64,000 nt of DNA, taken from contig CAJXBA010000003.1 of NCBI GenBank assembly GCA_913050185.1, positions 1,081 to 65,080 on the forward strand, in the 5' to 3' direction. How positions within the stretch are numbered: the stretch's first letter is position 1; each line of letters opens with the position of its first letter. A program made the translations under genes and the position numbers. The notes beneath the pieces are model-generated. The model was not told the DNA's origin, ran no database searches, and worked only from the letters and a program-made list of their open reading frames with translations. This document shows, in pieces, positions 58,903 to 64,000 of the stretch. Origin of the DNA: an uncultured Pelagibacteraceae bacterium. Its GTDB lineage: Bacteria > Pseudomonadota > Alphaproteobacteria > Pelagibacterales > Pelagibacteraceae.

Positions 58903-60947
58903 TAGCTAGCTTTTTCGATTCCTGTAAATAAAAATTTCTTTGATATTTGTCTGCACTCGTTCATTACTTTTGATGACCTTGCTATTGAATTTGTGTAGTA
59001 ATAATCAATTGATTTTATAGAAATATTATCATTAACAAAATTAATTATATTATTTTTGTTAATTTGATTATTAATTTTTAGCTGAATATTTTTCTTAATA
59101 GACTCTTGTAAAGATTGAATATTGTTATAATCAAGCGGTTTTTTCATCATATTGGCAAGATCATTAAAAATAACCCAATCTTCTCTTGCATCGCCCGGAG
59201 GATATGAAGCTTTGTATGCAGTCTGCAATTTTCCCTCTAAATTTACAAACAAACCATTTTTTTCTGTATATGCTGCTCCTGGTAAAATAATATCAGCAAT
59301 TTCTGCACCTTTATCTCCATGACTACCTTGATAAACAATAAATTTATCTTTTTTATCAAAACAAATATTGTCGGCTCCAAGTAAATATAAAAATCTAAAT
59401 TCGTCATTATCTAATTTATTGAAAAATGAAAAATTTTCTGTTTCATTGATAGAATGCACACCAAGATCAATTGCTCCAACTCTTGAAGCCTGTTGGGTAA
59501 GTATATTTAAAGCATTCCAGTTTTCTTTTATAAAGTTATTTTTGGATAAAAAATATTTTAATGTTTCGAAAATATATTTTCCAGTTTCTCCGTATAGGGC
59601 CGACTCTCCTATGATTATCATTGGTTTATTTGATTTTTTAATTTTTTCAGAAATTTCATGTGTTCCATATGCAATTGCTCTAATTAATGAAGTATTAGAA
59701 GCTAGATTTATATATGGATATGTTAAATCTCCAGGATCACCAATTGAATAAATTTTCAGTCTATTTTTTATATATGCTTTCCTAATTCTTGCATTAAGAA
59801 TAGTAGCTTCTAGTCTAGGGTTTGTTCCTACTAAAAGAATAAAATCCGAATCTTCTATTCCATTAATTGTAGAATTAAAAATATAATTCATTCTTTCGAA
59901 TGGATTAATATAAATTCTATCTTGTCTGCACTCAAAATTTTTTGATCCTATACATTTTTCAAAAAAAGATTTAAAGCTATAAATCATTTCCAAATCTGCT
60001 AAATCTCCTACTAGACCAGCAACTTCATTTGAATTGAATAGTTTTAATTTACTAATTAAAAGTCTCAAGGCTTTATCCCAAGATGATTTTTGTAATTTTC
60101 CATTTTCTCTAATATATGGTGTATCTAGTCTCTGTTTTAAAAGACCATCACATGCATATCTTGTCTTATCTGATATCCATTCCTCATTAATGTCTTCGTT
60201 AACTCTGGGCAAAATTCTTTTGACTTCCCATCCGTATGTATCAACTCTAATATTCGATCCTACAGCATCCATAACATCTATAGTTTCAGTTTTTTTAAGT
60301 TCCCAAGAGCGTGCTTCGAAAGCATAAGGTTTTGATGTAAGTGCCCCCACAGGGCATAAGTCTATAACATTCGCTGACAGTTCAGATTCCATAGATTTTT
60401 CCAAATAAGTTGTAATTTCCGTATCTTCTCCCCTGCCAATAGCACCTAGTTCGGGTATACCGGCTATTTCAGATGCAAATCTGACGCATCTTGTGCAGTG
60501 AATACATCTTGTCATTTCAGTTTTGATTAAAGGACCCATATATTTTTCTTTAACTTGTCTTTTATTTTCTGTGTATCGAGAACTATCATGACCATAAAAA
60601 AGCGATTGATCTTGTAAATCACATTCTCCTCCTTGATCGCATACAGGACAATCCAAAGGATGGTTTGCCAACAAAAATTTCATTACACCTTTTCTAGCTT
60701 TTTCTACTAAGGGCGTATTCGTTTTAATTTTCATTCCATCGGTTGCAGGCATGGCGCAAGAAGCTATCGGTTTTGGAGATTTTTCCATCTCAACTAGACA
60801 CATTCTACAATTGCCCACTATAGAAAGTCTTTCGTGATAACAAAATCTCGGTATTTCTGCTCCGGCTAATTCACAGGCTTGAAGAACAGTCATACCTTCC
60901 TCAATTTCAACTTCTTTATTATTAACTATAATTTTAGGCACTATCAT
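58902..60947 (-). CDS. nuoG: NADH-quinone oxidoreductase subunit G
   Basis: 681 aa. N-terminal 2Fe-2S and 4Fe-4S Cys clusters ([34 protein letters not shown]). Confidence 0.95.
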   Translation of the reverse strand: MIVPKIIVNNKEVEIEEGMTVLQACELAGAEIPRFCYHERLSIVGNCRMCLVEMEKSPKPIASCAMPATDGMKIKTNTPLVEKARKGVMKFLLANHPLDCPVCDQGGECDLQDQSLFYGHDSSRYTENKRQVKEKYMGPLIKTEMTRCIHCTRCVRFASEIAGIPELGAIGRGEDTEITTYLEKSMESELSANVIDLCPVGALTSKPYAFEARSWELKKTETIDVMDAVGSNIRVDTYGWEVKRILPRVNEDINEEWISDKTRYACDGLLKQRLDTPYIRENGKLQKSSWDKALRLLISKLKLFNSNEVAGLVGDLADLEMIYSFKSFFEKCIGSKNFECRQDRIYINPFERMNYIFNSTINGIEDSDFILLVGTNPRLEATILNARIRKAYIKNRLKIYSIGDPGDLTYPYINLASNTSLIRAIAYGTHEISEKIKKSNKPMIIIGESALYGETGKYIFETLKYFLSKNNFIKENWNALNILTQQASRVGAIDLGVHSINETENFSFFNKLDNDEFRFLYLLGADNICFDKKDKFIVYQGSHGDKGAEIADIILPGAAYTEKNGLFVNLEGKLQTAYKASYPPGDAREDWVIFNDLANMMKKPLDYNNIQSLQESIKKNIQLKINNQINKNNIINFVNDNISIKSIDYYYTNSIARSSKVMNECRQISKKFLFTGIEKAS

Positions 60948-62265
60948 TCTCCAAAAGATGTTGATCTATGAGATAGGGAATATTAGATCTTTTCTTAATT
61001 AATGGTTCCGCATGACTTCGTTTTCTTATTTCGTCTCTAAAGTGAAGGAGTAAACCTTGTACAGGCCAAGCTGATCCCTCTCCAAATGCACAAATTGTAT
61101 GCCCTTCTATTTGTTTGGTAACGTCATATAAAAGGTCTATCTCCTTATATGTTGCTTCTCCATCAGCCATTCTTTCTAACATTCTCCACATCCAACCAGA
61201 ACCCTCTCTGCAAGGAGTACACTGACCACAACTTTCATGTTTGTAAAATTTGGCTATTCTTGCAATACATCTAATAATATCCTGATCTTTATTAATAACC
61301 ACCACACCTGCAGTTCCTAAACCACTTTTTACTTTAATTAGTGAATCGAAATCCATTGTAATTGTCTCACAAATACTTTTTGGTAATAATGGCATGGAAG
61401 ATCCTCCTGGTATAACAGCTTGAAGGTTATTCCATCCTCCAACAACGCCTCCAGCATGTTTTTCTATTAGATATTTTAAGGAAACACCCATTTCTTCTTC
61501 AACATTACATGGATTGTTTACATCACCAGAAATACAAAAAATCTTTGTTCCGGTATTTTTTGGTTTTCCCAATGATTTAAACCACTTAGCTCCTCTTTTA
61601 AGAATCGTTGGAACTACTGATATAGTTTCAACATTATTAACTATAGTTGGACACCCATAAAGTCCTATAATTGCTGGAAAAGGAGGTTTGAGTCGTGGTA
61701 AACCTTTTTTTCCCTCCAGACTTTCTAACAAAGCTGTTTCTTCTCCACAGATATAAGCTCCAGCTCCATAGTGAATATGGATATCCAAGTTCCATCCAGT
61801 ATTACAGGCATCTTTTCCTAAAAAGTTTTTTTTATACGCTTGGTCTATGGCTTCTTGCAATCTTTGTCCTTCTCTAAAAAATTCTCCTCTTATATAAATA
61901 TAACAAGCATGTGCACTTATCGCATAACTTGTAATTAAACATCCTTCGATTAATTTTTGAGGTTCAAATCTTAATATGTCTCTATCTTTACAGGTTCCTG
62001 GTTCAGATTCGTCGGCATTAATAACTAAATAATGTGGTCTAGCACTTACTTCTTTTGGTGCAAAAGATAATTTTAGTCCTGTAGGAAAACCAGCTCCCCC
62101 TCTGCCTCGTAATTCTGAATCTTTTATCTCTTTTATAATCCAATCTTTTCCCTTTAAGATAATATCTTTTGTTTTTAACCAGTCTCCCCTATTTTCCGCC
62201 GAATCAATGTTCCAACCGAGATCGTTATACAAATTTTTGAAAATTCTATCTTCGTCCTTAAGCAT
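60934..62265 (-). CDS. nuoF: NADH-quinone oxidoreductase subunit F
   Basis: 443 aa. [10 protein letters not shown], the FMN/NADH site, and [12 protein letters not shown]. Confidence 0.97.
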   Translation of the reverse strand: MLKDEDRIFKNLYNDLGWNIDSAENRGDWLKTKDIILKGKDWIIKEIKDSELRGRGGAGFPTGLKLSFAPKEVSARPHYLVINADESEPGTCKDRDILRFEPQKLIEGCLITSYAISAHACYIYIRGEFFREGQRLQEAIDQAYKKNFLGKDACNTGWNLDIHIHYGAGAYICGEETALLESLEGKKGLPRLKPPFPAIIGLYGCPTIVNNVETISVVPTILKRGAKWFKSLGKPKNTGTKIFCISGDVNNPCNVEEEMGVSLKYLIEKHAGGVVGGWNNLQAVIPGGSSMPLLPKSICETITMDFDSLIKVKSGLGTAGVVVINKDQDIIRCIARIAKFYKHESCGQCTPCREGSGWMWRMLERMADGEATYKEIDLLYDVTKQIEGHTICAFGEGSAWPVQGLLLHFRDEIRKRSHAEPLIKKRSNIPYLIDQHLLENDSA

Positions 62266-62866
62266 TCTTTACCTCTAATAATGTTGTTTTCCCTTCTGAT
62301 GGTGCGGTATTTTTTCTATTTTTAACAGAACCCGGTGTTGGTAATTTATCTTTTTGCAACGTTTGTATTATTTCTTTAGTTTTGTTCTCATCTAAATCCT
62401 CATAATAATCTTGATTAATTTGCATTACAGGAGCATTTACACAAGCTCCTAAACATTCGACCTCGGTCCAAGAACAAAGTTTATTTTCAGATAATTTATT
62501 CTGATCTTTTGAAATATGTTTTTTGCATAAATCTGCAATTTTTTTTGCACCTCTCATCATGCACGGTGTTGTTGTACATACTTGAACAAAATACTTTCCA
62601 ACAGGAGATAAATTTAGCATTGAATAGAATGTGGCAACTTCGTACACCTGTATATAAGGTATGCTCAACAGCCTAGCCACGTACTCAATTGCTGCTAACG
62701 GTATCCAATTATCATTTTGTTTTTGAACTAAAAACAATAGAGCTATAACGGCACTTGCCTTTCTGTTTTTTGGATATTTTTTTATTTCTCTTTCAGCTTC
62801 CAACAAATTATCTTTGGAAAATTCAAAGGTTTCTGGTTGTGTTTTAGATATTTTTTTTATACTCAT
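62258..62866 (-). CDS. nuoE: NADH-quinone oxidoreductase subunit E
   Basis: 202 aa with thioredoxin-like 2Fe-2S motifs, VCTTTPC and CLGACVNAP. Confidence 0.93.
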   Translation of the reverse strand: MSIKKISKTQPETFEFSKDNLLEAEREIKKYPKNRKASAVIALLFLVQKQNDNWIPLAAIEYVARLLSIPYIQVYEVATFYSMLNLSPVGKYFVQVCTTTPCMMRGAKKIADLCKKHISKDQNKLSENKLCSWTEVECLGACVNAPVMQINQDYYEDLDENKTKEIIQTLQKDKLPTPGSVKNRKNTAPSEGKTTLLEVKNA

Positions 62867-64000
62867 CTATCTACTTCCCCAAAAACAACATCCAAAGAAC
62901 CTAAAACAGCAGGAACATCCGCTAACATATGACCCTTCATCAAATAATCCATTGATTGCAAGTGAGAGAATCCTGGAGCTCTTATTTTGCATTTATATGG
63001 TTTGTTGCTACCATCTGATATAAGGTAAACCCCAAACTCCCCTTTGGGTGCCTCCACAGCAGTATAAATTTCACCTTTGGGAACTCTAAACCCTTCGGAA
63101 AATAATTTAAAATGATGTATTAAGGATTCCATAGAATTTTTTAAATCTTTTCTTTTTGGTGGTGTAATTTTTCCATCTATTGACTTTATGGGACCTGTTG
63201 GCATTTTTTTAATACAGTTTCTAATGATTTTTACACTTTCTCTCATTTCCTCAATCCTACAAAGATAACGATCGTAACAATCTCCATTTTTCCCAATAGG
63301 AATTTTAAAATCAATATCCTGATAACATTCGTAGGGTTGAGATTTTCTTAAATCCCATGCAATACCCGAGCCTCTAAGCATAACTCCTGAGAAACTATGT
63401 TCCAACGCCTCTTGTTTGGTAACAACGCCTATATTTACATTTCTTTGCTTAAAAATTCTGTTATCGGTAAGAAGAGTCTCTATATCATTAATAACTTTCG
63501 GAAAACTGTTACAAAATGATAGAATGTCATCGCTTAGTCCTCTTGGTAAATCTTTATGAACGCCTCCAGGTCTGAAATAATTCGCATGTAATCTAGATCC
63601 TGAAACTCTTTCATAAAAAGTCATTAAAGTTTCTCTCTCCTCAAAACCCCAAAGCGATGGTGTTAAAGCGCCAACATCAATCGCTTGAGTAGTAATGTTC
63701 AAAAGATGACTTAAAATTCTTCCAATTTCACAAAATAAAACCCTAATATATTGGCCTCTTATTGGCACCTCTATGTTCAATAGTTTTTCAATTGCTAAAG
63801 TAAAAGCATGTTCTTGGTTCATTGGCGCAACATAATCAAGACGATCAAAATAAGGAACCGCCTGAGTATAAGTTTTATGTTCAATTAGTTTCTCCGTGCC
63901 TCTATGTAAAAGTCCGATATGAGGGTCAATCTTTTCAACAACTTCTCCGTCTAACTCAAGTATCAATCTTAATACACCATGTGCCGCAGGATGTTGTGGT
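62863..64000 (-). CDS. nuoD: NADH-quinone oxidoreductase subunit D; 5' end cut by the window edge
   Basis: The frame stays open to position 64000. The reverse complement of the last bases translates as [21 protein letters not shown], a conserved NuoD N-terminal segment, so the ORF-track Met at 63966 is internal. The C-terminus is [13 protein letters not shown]. Confidence 0.95.
   Translation of the reverse strand, partial: PQHPAAHGVLRLILELDGEVVEKIDPHIGLLHRGTEKLIEHKTYTQAVPYFDRLDYVAPMNQEHAFTLAIEKLLNIEVPIRGQYIRVLFCEIGRILSHLLNITTQAIDVGALTPSLWGFEERETLMTFYERVSGSRLHANYFRPGGVHKDLPRGLSDDILSFCNSFPKVINDIETLLTDNRIFKQRNVNIGVVTKQEALEHSFSGVMLRGSGIAWDLRKSQPYECYQDIDFKIPIGKNGDCYDRYLCRIEEMRESVKIIRNCIKKMPTGPIKSIDGKITPPKRKDLKNSMESLIHHFKLFSEGFRVPKGEIYTAVEAPKGEFGVYLISDGSNKPYKCKIRAPGFSHLQSMDYLMKGHMLADVPAVLGSLDVVFGEVDR

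Noticed and set aside
1-64000. Search for mobile elements, CRISPR repeats, toxin-antitoxin or defence islands, tRNA/rRNA genes and larger direct or inverted repeats.
   Set aside because: Every ORF of meaningful size has a confident housekeeping assignment. The non-coding DNA consists of a few gaps of 122 nt or less. No repeat-spacer periodicity, integrase or transposase motifs, or tRNA-like GC-rich segments were seen by eye. An automated repeat and tRNA scan would be needed to exclude very small elements.

Overview
The window is a very AT-rich, extremely compact alphaproteobacterial chromosome segment. Its gene content, synteny and near-absence of intergenic DNA fit a streamlined marine lineage such as Pelagibacterales/SAR11; this is inference, as no search was run. 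I call 60 protein genes, two of them cut by the window edges. I found no rRNA, tRNA, CRISPR array, transposase, integrase, phage gene or recognisable defence gene. From left to right the window holds: (1) a glycerol-type uptake and catabolism module, with two ABC permeases, two ABC ATPases, a large periplasmic binding protein, glpK and a GpsA-family dehydrogenase; it is fused without gaps to trkH-trkA-ntrX-ntrY. (2) ispDF-pgpA-pncC, converging on a RatA-like gene-lipA-ftsB-eno-kdsA-pyrG-secG-tpiA. (3) A ppiD-like gene-trpEGDC, then lexA and gltX. (4) A 34 kb run of 31 genes on the minus strand: nuoD-N, birA, coaX, rnj, proS, lolCD, dnaE, rpsB-tsf-frr-uppS-cdsA-dxr-bamA-skp-lpxD-fabZ-lpxA-lpxI-lpxB. 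Only four non-coding elements are supportable. These are a perfect GC hairpin terminator/attenuator after the binding-protein gene, a near-consensus sigma-70 promoter in front of it, an alphaproteobacterial SOS box (GAAC-N7-GAAC) before lexA, and a relatively GC-rich 122 nt leader before rpsB. I do not see convincing evidence for a new multi-gene system, because almost everything is conserved housekeeping in conserved order. The features most worth follow-up are the asymmetric two-ATPase importer, the GpsA-for-GlpD substitution, the PAS-less NtrY paired with an NtrX lacking GAFTGA, and the rpsB leader RNA. All motif and structure calls were made by eye, and no GC statistics, folding energies or homology searches were computed.
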